DNA from: Candidatus Latescibacterota bacterium
GTDB taxonomy: Bacteria > Latescibacterota > UBA2968
DNA length: 64,000 nucleotides
NCBI GenBank assembly: GCA_965204375.1
Contig: OZ241986.1
Coordinates: forward strand, 3,040,001-3,104,000
Direction of reading: 5' to 3'
The notes beneath the pieces were generated by a model. It saw only the letters and a list, made by a program, of their open reading frames with translations, was not told the DNA's origin and made no database searches. Positions 17,384 to 26,630 of this stretch are shown one piece after another. Made by a program: the position numbers and the translations under genes. The number at the start of each line of letters is the position of its first letter. Position 1 is the stretch's first letter.

Positions 17384-18814
17384 ATGCTATGCATTCAGAA
17401 ATGTGACATGCATCTTTTTCAAACTGAAGAGCAAAAACAGCCTGTTGCCTATCAGGTTGAGACGGGTCTGTTTTTTGAACTGGACCCCCTTTTCAAATCA
17501 ATTTTAGAATGTTGCGAGGGCTTGTCTGCTTCACAGGTTGTCCAGATGCTGGTCGGCCAATACGAGGCAGAAGAAGTTGTCGAAGCCATCGAGGAACTGG
17601 CTCAGGTGGGGTTGATTTCAGATGGTGCACTACCTGTAGTGCCCAATGTGCCGACGACAGAAGGGGTGGCAGCCTGTGGCGTATCGCAGACAGACCGTTT
17701 GCAGGTGTCGTTGCACGTTTCGCATACGTGCAATATTCAGTGTGCTTATTGCTTTGCCCACGGTGGGGATTACGGCGGCAAGGCCATGCTGATGCAACCC
17801 GATGTTGCCAAGCAAGCTATTCGATGGATCATCACCGAGGCTCAGGTGTTCGGGCGTTGCCAGATTGATTTTTTTGGCGGGGAGCCGCTTTTGAACTTTC
17901 CACTGTTGCAGAAGCTCGTTCCGTTTGCCAGGTCTCTGGGAGCGCGATTAGGTGTGCAGGTGGGATTTGGCATTGTGACCAATGGCACGTTGTTGACCGA
18001 AGAGATGAAGCAGTTTTTGGTTGATGAAAAGTTTCAGATTAAGGTCAGCCTGGATGGTGGGCGTAAAACACAGGACCGGATTCGCAAGTTTCACAATGGT
18101 TCTGGTACTTATGATGTTGTGGCAAAAAATGTGAAAAAGCTGACTGCTGAGGCACCTGAGCGCGTGTATTTGCAAGCCATTATGACCGCGTATGATATGG
18201 ATGAAGATCGGATTGCCGATGAGTTGCGTTCTCTGGGTAGTGAAAATGCGCTCATCGGTCCCGCTGTTGTCTCCCCGGATGCGCCTTATGCCATTCGAGA
18301 AGAACACCTGCCCGTTTTGAAGCAACAGATTTACAAGCGGAGCAGGCGTGCGCTCAAAGCCATTTTAAACGGTGAAGAGAGTGAGGAGTTTGATCCGAGG
18401 ATTCAAAAATTGCTGACGCGCCAGAAATCGTGTCACGGGTGTCTCGGCGGTAAGCAGTATCTGGCTGTTGCAGCAGACGGGTCGATTTATTTTTGCTCGA
18501 GTTTGGCCGATGCACCCGAGTTTAAGATGGGTGATGTGTTTGCGGGTATTGACCGCGAAAAGCAGCAGCATTTTGACACTCAGTTCAATGTGAATAATCG
18601 TCCTGAGTGCAAAACCTGCTGGGCGTGCAACTTGTGTGGTGGCGGATGTCTTTGGGATGCGCGCACGACGACGGGTGATCCGATGTATCCCAACCCGGTT
18701 GCTTGTGAACAGACGCGCTATCGCTATGAACTGGCGATGGAGATGTGTATGGAAATTGCAGAAGTGGATGCGTCTTTGTTGCAGCGACGATATGATCTGG
18801 AAGTGGTATCATAA
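17384..18814 (+). CDS. Radical SAM/SPASM peptide maturase with N-terminal RRE (PqqD-like) domain
   Basis: CNIQCAYC, FFGGEPLLN, TNGTLL and VSLDG; SPASM C..DGSIYFC and CKTCWACNLCGGGC..C; N-terminal ~80 aa ending EAIEELAQVGLI; RBS AGGGAG. Confidence 0.92.
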   Translation: MLCIQKCDMHLFQTEEQKQPVAYQVETGLFFELDPLFKSILECCEGLSASQVVQMLVGQYEAEEVVEAIEELAQVGLISDGALPVVPNVPTTEGVAACGVSQTDRLQVSLHVSHTCNIQCAYCFAHGGDYGGKAMLMQPDVAKQAIRWIITEAQVFGRCQIDFFGGEPLLNFPLLQKLVPFARSLGARLGVQVGFGIVTNGTLLTEEMKQFLVDEKFQIKVSLDGGRKTQDRIRKFHNGSGTYDVVAKNVKKLTAEAPERVYLQAIMTAYDMDEDRIADELRSLGSENALIGPAVVSPDAPYAIREEHLPVLKQQIYKRSRRALKAILNGEESEEFDPRIQKLLTRQKSCHGCLGGKQYLAVAADGSIYFCSSLADAPEFKMGDVFAGIDREKQQHFDTQFNVNNRPECKTCWACNLCGGGCLWDARTTTGDPMYPNPVACEQTRYRYELAMEMCMEIAEVDASLLQRRYDLEVVS

Positions 18815-18845
18815 GCAAAGAAGTTCTGATGAAAAACTGGTATCC

Positions 18846-18904
18846 AATACGGCATCCAAATGGGGATGATAACGCCCTGTTAGATGCCGTTTATTTTGTT
18901 TCTT
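18846..18904 (+). terminator. Intrinsic terminator after the rSAM gene
   Basis: ACGGCATC...GATGCCGT long hairpin followed by TTATTTTGTTTCTTT. Confidence 0.6.
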
Positions 18905-18933
18905 TAGGTGGGAGTCTCGACAGATTGTGAGTG

Positions 18934-19926
18934 ATGGGAGAAATATATCAATCAAAAAAATCCGGCCTCAATAAATGGTCGCTCATTGGACAGCATTCCT
19001 CACTCTTAGACGTGCAAAAGCGCGCGTACCGCGTGGCGAATAGCGAATTGCCCGTCAACATCAGTGGAGAAACTGGCACGGGCAAAGAATTACTCGCCCG
19101 TTATATCCACGAAATGAGTCACCGCAACAGGGGACCCTTTGTAACCGTTGACTGTGGCGTACTCTCTTCTGAAATGTCTCGCAGCGAGTTATTTGGACAT
19201 ATTCGAGGTGCTTTCACCGGCGCCAGCGAAACGCGCACCGGACTGGTTGAATCTGCCCAGGGCGGCACACTATTCCTCGATGAAGTAGGCGAATTGCCCT
19301 CCAACCTCCAGTTGCAATTGCTACGCCTGGTACAGGAACAGGAATTTCGCCGGGTAGGCGAAGCATCCATGCGCCGGTCCGACGTGCGCTTAATCACTGC
19401 GACACACTGCAACTTGCGAAAAATGGTGCGAAAAGGAACATTTCGAGAAGACCTCTATTACCGCTTAAGTGTCGTACCTCTAAAATTGCCACCCCTGCGG
19501 AAGCGACTGAGCGATTTACCGCTTTTAGTCGCGCATTTTTGCCAGGAAATGAAAGGATACAATCGCGCGTTTTCCCCCGAAGTGATTCAAAGGATGTCGC
19601 GTTATGCCTGGCCTGGCAATGTTCGGGAACTACAACACGAAGTCGCCCGATTGATGGTCATGGCCGAAGGTAAAATTATCCGCGTATCCGACCTGCGCCC
19701 TCGCATTCGAGGAGCAAAAGCCGAGGTTGATGTATTTGACCTGCCGTTCAAAGAAGCCAGACAACTCGCGAACAGCCGGTTTATGCGAGAGTATCTCGAC
19801 AGAGCTTTGCAGCGAACACAGGGCAATGTAACCCAGGCAGCGCAACAATGCGGAATTGGCCGACAGTATTTCCAATTGCGTATGTCCGAACACGGGCTAA
19901 AGTCGGCATATTACAAGAAAAAATAA
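18934..19926 (+). CDS. Sigma54-dependent activator (AAA+ and Fis HTH) lacking an N-terminal sensory domain
   Basis: GETGTGKE, SELFGH..GAFTGA, FLDEVGE, WPGNVREL and GNVTQAA HTH. The AAA+ domain starts about 15 aa from the N-terminus. Confidence 0.92.
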   Translation: MGEIYQSKKSGLNKWSLIGQHSSLLDVQKRAYRVANSELPVNISGETGTGKELLARYIHEMSHRNRGPFVTVDCGVLSSEMSRSELFGHIRGAFTGASETRTGLVESAQGGTLFLDEVGELPSNLQLQLLRLVQEQEFRRVGEASMRRSDVRLITATHCNLRKMVRKGTFREDLYYRLSVVPLKLPPLRKRLSDLPLLVAHFCQEMKGYNRAFSPEVIQRMSRYAWPGNVRELQHEVARLMVMAEGKIIRVSDLRPRIRGAKAEVDVFDLPFKEARQLANSRFMREYLDRALQRTQGNVTQAAQQCGIGRQYFQLRMSEHGLKSAYYKKK

Positions 19927-19954
19927 CACCTCTCCCATCAGGTGTTAAACGATA

Positions 19955-19988
19955 AAAAACGTCAATGGGTTTTTCCATTGACGTTTTT
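19955..19988. terminator. Bidirectional-type terminator hairpin
   Basis: AAAAACGTCAATGG-N6-CCATTGACGTTTTT perfect inverted repeat. Confidence 0.7.
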
Positions 19989-20015
19989 CCTTGCAGGGTG
20001 TTTCTTGAGCGTATC

Positions 20016-23000
20016 ATGCAATACATCGCCGACATACACCTGCACTCGCGCTTTGCCCGCGCAACCAGCAAAACCCTGAACCCCGAAAACCTGTATCGGT
20101 GGAGCCTCATCAAAGGTCTGACCGTGGTGGGCACCGGAGACTTCACCCATCCGGTATGGTTTGAAGAATTGCGCGATCAACTCGAACCCGCCGAAGAAGG
20201 GTTATATCAATTGCGCCCAGACCTCAGGCGAGGCATAGACGCCGAGTTGCCACAAGCCTGCCGAGGACAAATGCGATTTGTGCTCTCGGTCGAAATCAGT
20301 CTCATCTACAAAAAAAACGACAAAACCAGAAAAATACATCACGTCGTCACAATGCCGAGTTTTGACGCTGCGGCGCGTTTAAATGCGCGACTCGGCGCAA
20401 TAGGCAACCTGAAATCCGATGGACGCCCCATTCTTGGCCTGGACAGCCGGGACCTGGTAGAAATTTGTCTGGAAGCGTGTGACGAGGTACTCTTCATACC
20501 CGCCCACATCTGGACCCCTCATTTTGCGGTCCTGGGCGCGAGTTCCGGATTTGACACCCTCGAAGAATGTTTTGAAGACATGCTCCCCCACATCTTCGCC
20601 GTAGAAACCGGCCTGTCCTCCGACCCGCCGATGAACTGGCGCCTATCCATGCTGGACAACTACGCAATCGTCTCCAATTCAGACGCCCACTCCCCGCAAA
20701 AACTCGCCCGAGAAGCCACCTGCTTTAACACAGAATTATCATTCCGCGGGATGTACGACGCATTAAAAGACCGCGACCCAACGCGCTTCACGGGCACCCT
20801 GGAATTTTATCCCGAAGAAGGCAAATATCACTTTGACGGACACAGAAAATGCGATATATGCTGGAAACCCGTACAAACCCTCGACGCAAACGAAATCTGC
20901 CCGGTATGCGGCCGCAAATTGACCGTTGGCGTACTCCACCGCGTTGAAAAACTCGCAGACCGCGCAGAAGGCGACCGCCCCGACGTGGCGATGCCCTTTG
21001 AAAATCTGATCCCACTATCGGAAATCATCGGCTCAGTCCTCCAGGTGGGACCCACCAGCAAGCGCGTACAAACCGTGTACGAGCAAATGCTATCAACACA
21101 CGGGGCAGAATTGAAAATCCTGCGCGAACTGCCCATCGAAGAAATCGCAAAAACCGGAGACCCCCTCATCGCCGAAGGCATCCGACGCATGCGCGAAGGA
21201 GAAGTTCACATAGACCCGGGATACGACGGCGTGTACGGAAAAATTCAAGTCTTCTCCGACGAAGACCGCGCACGTCTGAGCGGACAGGAATCGCTATTTA
21301 ACATACCAGCCGAGGAGCCTTCGAAAGAGAAAGCAGAGAACGCGAGCCTGGACAAGAACACAGAAAACTCAATAGCCAAAGATCCTCCCTTCACACTTCC
21401 CACTTCTCACTTCACACTTCTCACTTCCCACCAGCAAGCAGCCGTAACAATGGAAAAAGGTCCCGTCATCGTAACAGCGGGACCCGGCACAGGAAAAACG
21501 CGGGTACTCACCCATCGCGTAATCGACCTGATCCAGAACCGCGGCGTATCGCCAGCTTCTGTGATGGCCGTAACATTTACCAATCGCGCCGCAACTGAAA
21601 TGTGGGAGCGCATTGTATCACTATCCTCGGGAGGAGAAGAACTCGTCCCAATGCGCGTGGGCACATTCCACCGCCTATCACTGGACCTCCTGCGAGAATA
21701 CGCCCCCGAGCGATTGGGCGCAATAGCCGACCGAGGAGAAGCCCGTGCCGTCTTACAGGAAGCAATCGCCGACATCGACACCGAAATATCGGTCGATGAC
21801 GCGCTCTCCCAGATCTCGCTATGCAAAGCCCAGGGACATGAAACACCCGACATCACCGACACCGAACTCCAAACCATTTACACAAATTATCAACATCGCC
21901 TGACCGCTTATGACCTCATGGACTTTGACGACATCTTGCTCATCCTCCACGACGTGCTCTGCGGCGACATTTTACAAACAGTCCAGGCGCGTTTTTCCCA
22001 TATACTCGTCGATGAATTTCAGGATGTCAACGCCGTACAGTACGCACTAATTCAAAAATTAGCTGGGGATGGCTCGGGCCTCTTTGTCATCGGCGACCCC
22101 GATCAAGCCATCTACGGTTTTCGGGGCGCGAGCGCGGGATATTTTACACAATTAAAAGCGGACTTTCCCCACGCGAACGAAGTAATCCTACAACAATCAT
22201 ATCGCTCCACCCCACAGATCATTTCCGCAGCATCCAGCCTGCTTCGCGGGCGATCGTACGTCCCCGTAAGAGAAAACGGTCCTAAACTGAGCGCCTTATC
22301 CACACCGGGCGAAACCGGCGAAGGCATCGCCATCGTAGAAGAAATCTCCCGAATGGTTGGCGGCGCAGATTTATTGCAAGCCAACGAAGAAGGCAAACGC
22401 AGCCTGGACGACTTCGCCGTCTTATTCCGCACCGGACGCCAGGCAGACGCCCTGGAAGCGTGCTTCTTACAGGCGGGGATTCCCTACCGCGTCGTCGGGC
22501 AGAAAAATTATCTGGACGCGGCCTCAGTACAGCATGCACTATCGTTTTTTAAGTGCATCCTGCGGGATGACATTTCCAGCACCCCAACCACCAGAGATAT
22601 AACCGACCTCCTCTCCATCCCCGCATTTGACCCCGGACGGGAAGCGCGCGCATCAATACGCCAGCAAATTCAAAACAACGCGCTATCGGACGCTGTGCAG
22701 GAAAAATGGGACGCCGCGATGGAAGCTGTAGATCGCTTCCGCGATGAAACATCTCACCTATCGCCTTCCGAACGCATAGCAAAATGGACAGAAGAATTTG
22801 CGACATCAGACGATATCGACCTTGAGCGATTGAGCCTATTGGCTCAGGGCGTGGATACCATCGCAGAGCTATTGGACATCATCACCCTGGGACAGGATGG
22901 CGATTTCGTACGTCGTGGAAAAATTGCGCGTCCCGAAGCCGTCACACTCATGACCTTGCATGCGTCCAAGGGCCTGGAATTCCCCGTGGTATTTATCTGT

Positions 23001-23249
23001 GGGGTTGAGGAAGGATTGATCCCGCACGCCGAAGCGGATATCGAAGAAGAGAAGCGCCTATTTTTTGTCGGCATAACCCGCGGACAAGACGAAGTGATCT
23101 TGACCCGCGCCCGAAGCCGCAGGCGATTTGGCGAACGCATCGCACCCGAAATATCGCGCTTTGTAGCCGATATCCCCGAAGACGTCATCGACTTTGTCGA
23201 TCTGCGAACTGAAAGACGCAAACCCGCCGAACAACTATCCCTATTTTAA
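20016..23249 (+). CDS. Endonuclease Q-like PHP domain fused to UvrD/PcrA-type SF1 helicase
   Basis: ADIHLHS, GTGDFTHP, PAHIWTP, ETGLSSDP, NSDAHS, GKYH.DGHRKC and CPVCG; then AGPGTGKT, TFT, VDEFQD, GDPDQAIYGFRGA, TLHASKGLEF and FVGITR. Confidence 0.92.
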   Translation: MQYIADIHLHSRFARATSKTLNPENLYRWSLIKGLTVVGTGDFTHPVWFEELRDQLEPAEEGLYQLRPDLRRGIDAELPQACRGQMRFVLSVEISLIYKKNDKTRKIHHVVTMPSFDAAARLNARLGAIGNLKSDGRPILGLDSRDLVEICLEACDEVLFIPAHIWTPHFAVLGASSGFDTLEECFEDMLPHIFAVETGLSSDPPMNWRLSMLDNYAIVSNSDAHSPQKLAREATCFNTELSFRGMYDALKDRDPTRFTGTLEFYPEEGKYHFDGHRKCDICWKPVQTLDANEICPVCGRKLTVGVLHRVEKLADRAEGDRPDVAMPFENLIPLSEIIGSVLQVGPTSKRVQTVYEQMLSTHGAELKILRELPIEEIAKTGDPLIAEGIRRMREGEVHIDPGYDGVYGKIQVFSDEDRARLSGQESLFNIPAEEPSKEKAENASLDKNTENSIAKDPPFTLPTSHFTLLTSHQQAAVTMEKGPVIVTAGPGTGKTRVLTHRVIDLIQNRGVSPASVMAVTFTNRAATEMWERIVSLSSGGEELVPMRVGTFHRLSLDLLREYAPERLGAIADRGEARAVLQEAIADIDTEISVDDALSQISLCKAQGHETPDITDTELQTIYTNYQHRLTAYDLMDFDDILLILHDVLCGDILQTVQARFSHILVDEFQDVNAVQYALIQKLAGDGSGLFVIGDPDQAIYGFRGASAGYFTQLKADFPHANEVILQQSYRSTPQIISAASSLLRGRSYVPVRENGPKLSALSTPGETGEGIAIVEEISRMVGGADLLQANEEGKRSLDDFAVLFRTGRQADALEACFLQAGIPYRVVGQKNYLDAASVQHALSFFKCILRDDISSTPTTRDITDLLSIPAFDPGREARASIRQQIQNNALSDAVQEKWDAAMEAVDRFRDETSHLSPSERIAKWTEEFATSDDIDLERLSLLAQGVDTIAELLDIITLGQDGDFVRRGKIARPEAVTLMTLHASKGLEFPVVFICGVEEGLIPHAEADIEEEKRLFFVGITRGQDEVILTRARSRRRFGERIAPEISRFVADIPEDVIDFVDLRTERRKPAEQLSLF
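21387..21431 (+). repeat. Heptamer tandem repeat (CACTTC[ACT]) x6 in the EndoQ-UvrD linker
   Basis: cccttca cacttcc cacttct cacttca cacttct cacttcc cac. Confidence 0.85.
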
Positions 23250-24551
23250 AATATCGAGCATCTCGTGTACGGCGTTGTGAATGCGGTCTTCTGTATCTTC
23301 AACAAATGGACCCGTGCGTTTCCAGTGTTGCTGATTGAACCAGACCTCGTAGCCCCCTTCTGGAATCTGCCGTTTAACGGGAATATAACCGACAATATCA
23401 TTTGTATAAGCCGCCACCAGAAGATTGTCAAAAAAAGGCGCCAGTTCTCTCTTCAAACGCAACCCGTGCTCCACATTCATCTCCGCGGCAAGCCCAACAA
23501 TAGCCAGCGCATTTCCAAAACGCACCGTCTGGATCTCAAACGGAAAACTGGTCGCAACGGGAATATTGTTTTCAACGCTCTCGAACAAATGTTGCGCCCA
23601 TGCCCGCACATATTCCGAACCGGCGTCCAGGCTGGACGTGACGAGATCCATATCAATGGGTTCGGTCTCTATATTCAGAATCGTCTGCGCAATAGAAATC
23701 GGACCGCTTATGGGCTGCAGGTCTTGCGAAGCGAGTACCCGGGTAACGGATTCCCCCAATTCGACGCCAATATCGCGGATCTCATCCACCTCCCGCTGAA
23801 CAAAAACATTTGACATCGGATCGACGGGCTTCGTCTTCTGATCTCCGGCACAACCCTGCAAAAAACAAGTCGCGGTATCGGGATACACCGCTTCGATATG
23901 GTCATAAGCAAAACACACGTAATCCCCCCCAATAAGTGTCCCACTGCGGCTGGTAGGGTGACAGGCATAGCTGAAAATAACACACCGCACCTCGCCTTCT
24001 GGAGATTCAACTGCAATAACCGGAACATCGTGGTCGTGAGGCACTTCCAAAGAGGGCACCCACTCCACACCGCCTTTCCCATCTGGCTTGCGACGGGACC
24101 TCGCGATATCACAACTCCCCGTACCAAAACCAAGGCGTGCGGGAGACCGATCTTCCCAGGCTGTTTTTGCACACTTTGCGACATTTTCAAAAAGATCTTC
24201 GAGATAATCGTCATCCAGTTCCCCGTGCCGCTCCCTGTCCATCTCCCGGATACAGGGACCACAATGCGTATGCGAACCATTGAGAATAACATGCGCCGGA
24301 TCAATACCCGTAGCCGCGTTAATTCTGCTTCTCACCTCTTCCGTCTGCTCGTAAAAACCCAGAATCTCGGCACCGACAATAAGCAACGGCGTCTCACCAT
24401 CGTCTATCGCAACCGCGGTAGCCTTTAAAGGATGATAAACTTCAGTAGAAGGCTCCTGCCGCGCCGCGAACCCGGCCAAAAAAATCCCCACGGGCGGGGT
24501 AATATCGACCGTGCCGACGCCGACTTGATAGGTATGATTGGAAGATGACAT
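23241..24551 (-). CDS. Neutral/alkaline ceramidase N-terminal domain family hydrolase
   Basis: VDITPP.G..LAGF, SHTHCGP, YACHPT, FLQGCAGD and GYIP......GGYE. Confidence 0.8.
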   Translation of the reverse strand: MSSSNHTYQVGVGTVDITPPVGIFLAGFAARQEPSTEVYHPLKATAVAIDDGETPLLIVGAEILGFYEQTEEVRSRINAATGIDPAHVILNGSHTHCGPCIREMDRERHGELDDDYLEDLFENVAKCAKTAWEDRSPARLGFGTGSCDIARSRRKPDGKGGVEWVPSLEVPHDHDVPVIAVESPEGEVRCVIFSYACHPTSRSGTLIGGDYVCFAYDHIEAVYPDTATCFLQGCAGDQKTKPVDPMSNVFVQREVDEIRDIGVELGESVTRVLASQDLQPISGPISIAQTILNIETEPIDMDLVTSSLDAGSEYVRAWAQHLFESVENNIPVATSFPFEIQTVRFGNALAIVGLAAEMNVEHGLRLKRELAPFFDNLLVAAYTNDIVGYIPVKRQIPEGGYEVWFNQQHWKRTGPFVEDTEDRIHNAVHEMLDILK

Positions 24552-24563
24552 AACATATATTCC

Positions 24564-25697
24564 TCATAAGAATCGCGTGATCTGATATGCATCAATCTCT
24601 GTCGCAAGATCTTTCCCCAGAACCAGATCCGCGATCAGTTTACCGCTATAAGGACCGAGTTGCAAGCCCGTGGGACCGTGCCCGGTCGCGAGATAAATAT
24701 TTCGAATATTGGGAACAGGCCCCAGCACTGGCAAATGGTCCTCCGTGTAAGGACGCAGCCCAACCCGAATCTCGCGCACCTCTGCCTGCGCCAGACCGGG
24801 CGCAACCCGCAGAGCCTCTGCGAGAACCTCGAGTACCCCTGCAGCAGTAGTGCGCGCCCCAAAACCCGATCCCGTCTCCCGCGTTGCCCCCACAACCACG
24901 CGACCATCCGGCCAGGGAACCATATAGTGACCGCGTATCGCGCTAATAATGGGCCAAGACGACGTATCCGTATCCCCCAGACCCAGATGGATAATCTGAC
25001 CGCGCTGAGGCTCAACAGGAATATGAACGCCAAGCTGATCCCCAAATGCCTGCGACCAGGCCCCACCCGCGATAACAACCTTACCGGCAGAGATCGTTTC
25101 CCCATCTGTAATAACGCCCGTAACCGAATTATTCTGAATACACAACTGATCAACCCCAGCGTATTTAACCGCAAGCCCCTTCGCCTCCGCGGCTCGATGC
25201 AGAGCAGCCGACAGAAGCCGACCATCCACGCGGGCGGCATCGCGGTAGTAAATCGCACCGCGCACATCTCCCAGAGCGGGAAAACGCCTGCGCGCCTCAT
25301 CCGAAGAAATCTCGTACAAATCTTCCTCAGCGGGTTCACCGCGTTGATCCCGGCGATTGAAAATATGTTGCCGCGCAATAGCAAAGGACTCTATCTCATC
25401 ATAAGAAACAGCGACGAGCATCATCCCACAAGTTGCAAAACCCGTCTCTCCATCCTGTTCCGCTTGCAAATTATCCACCAATTGTGGGTAATATTCGGAA
25501 GCAAACGCAGCCAAACGCAACCAGGGATCCGGATCGCGGGTATTGGTAGCAGGCGAAAGAATACCCGCCCCTGCATCCGTAGCGCGCCCCACATCCCTCC
25601 TGTCAACGAGCAGGGTCTTCGCCCCATCACACACCAGATGATAGGCAGTAGATGTCCCAACAACACCACCGCCGATAACAATAGCGTCATAAGTCAT
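24564..25697 (-). CDS. FAD-dependent oxidoreductase (DAO/DadA/ThiO family)
   Basis: IGGGVVG, ATDAGAG, VEPQRGQI, VGLRP and ATGHG..GL..GP. Confidence 0.9.
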   Translation of the reverse strand: MTYDAIVIGGGVVGTSTAYHLVCDGAKTLLVDRRDVGRATDAGAGILSPATNTRDPDPWLRLAAFASEYYPQLVDNLQAEQDGETGFATCGMMLVAVSYDEIESFAIARQHIFNRRDQRGEPAEEDLYEISSDEARRRFPALGDVRGAIYYRDAARVDGRLLSAALHRAAEAKGLAVKYAGVDQLCIQNNSVTGVITDGETISAGKVVIAGGAWSQAFGDQLGVHIPVEPQRGQIIHLGLGDTDTSSWPIISAIRGHYMVPWPDGRVVVGATRETGSGFGARTTAAGVLEVLAEALRVAPGLAQAEVREIRVGLRPYTEDHLPVLGPVPNIRNIYLATGHGPTGLQLGPYSGKLIADLVLGKDLATEIDAYQITRFL

Positions 25698-25717
25698 TTT
25701 TTCATCTCTTTCCGTAA

Positions 25718-26560
25718 TTATCCCGACAGCCCCCAAATCTCAGCCGCGGTCCCGCCCAGAATGCGTTCTATATCCCCATCCGCAAGAAAGGGCAGCCCCT
25801 CGCGAATAAGGCGGAGTTCATCGGCAAGCGTGGGCCAATTGTGTTCGACCCGATGATGCCCAGGATAACCAGTCCCCCAGACTGTGCGCTGTGCCGTAAA
25901 AACCGCCAGCGCCGCCTCAATATAGGGATGAACATCCTCGTACGGATGAACTTTTTGCGAACGCCCAGCGACATCCGAGAGTTTAAAAAACACATTATCA
26001 AAACGCGCCAGATCCAGCACAGGCTGATAATCCGCAAGCGGGCGGTCTATCTGCGGGTATCCCATGTGGTCCAAAATGAGAACCGTATCCGGACACCGCT
26101 GAGCAATCGCGGCGACCTGATCCGCATCTTCGGGCCGCAAATGAAACTGGATAACAGCATCGAGAGCCGCGATCTCTTCCCACATCGGACCGTTCTGCTC
26201 CGTAAGCAGAATCTTTTCATCGGGATAGTACATCGGATGCAAGCGAAACCCAACCAGACCGCGCTCCCGAACCCAGTAGCGCACCTGCTCGGCATTATCG
26301 GGATCCTGGGGATCAACAAGACCATGCCCGACAAACCGATCTGGGTAGCGAACCACCGAGTCCGCGATATAACCGTTATCCCAAGTGGACCAACTCGTTT
26401 GCACGAGCACAGTCCAATCCACCCCCTCGGCATCCATATCGGCCAAAAGTTCCTCGGCAGTACCCGGCTCATCCGGATAGCTATTCCAGGTCGGTGCAGT
26501 GGGACCAACCGGATACTTATCCGAAATTTCCCAGATGTGAACGTGCGTATCGACAATCAT
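25718..26560 (-). CDS. Amidohydrolase_2 family protein
   Basis: VDTHVHIW, ILDHMG, KLS and WGTGYP motifs. Confidence 0.88.
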   Translation of the reverse strand: MIVDTHVHIWEISDKYPVGPTAPTWNSYPDEPGTAEELLADMDAEGVDWTVLVQTSWSTWDNGYIADSVVRYPDRFVGHGLVDPQDPDNAEQVRYWVRERGLVGFRLHPMYYPDEKILLTEQNGPMWEEIAALDAVIQFHLRPEDADQVAAIAQRCPDTVLILDHMGYPQIDRPLADYQPVLDLARFDNVFFKLSDVAGRSQKVHPYEDVHPYIEAALAVFTAQRTVWGTGYPGHHRVEHNWPTLADELRLIREGLPFLADGDIERILGGTAAEIWGLSG

Positions 26561-26630
26561 AAAGAAATCCTAAGTGATGTAACCACGCCTCTGAATCTAT
26601 CCCAACAGGACGTTTCATCAAGGGAGCAAC

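Noticed and set aside
17183-18814. Quinohemoprotein amine dehydrogenase (qhp) or SCIFF locus
   Set aside because: No alpha or beta subunits or heme-binding genes, and the peptide has one Cys rather than four or six.
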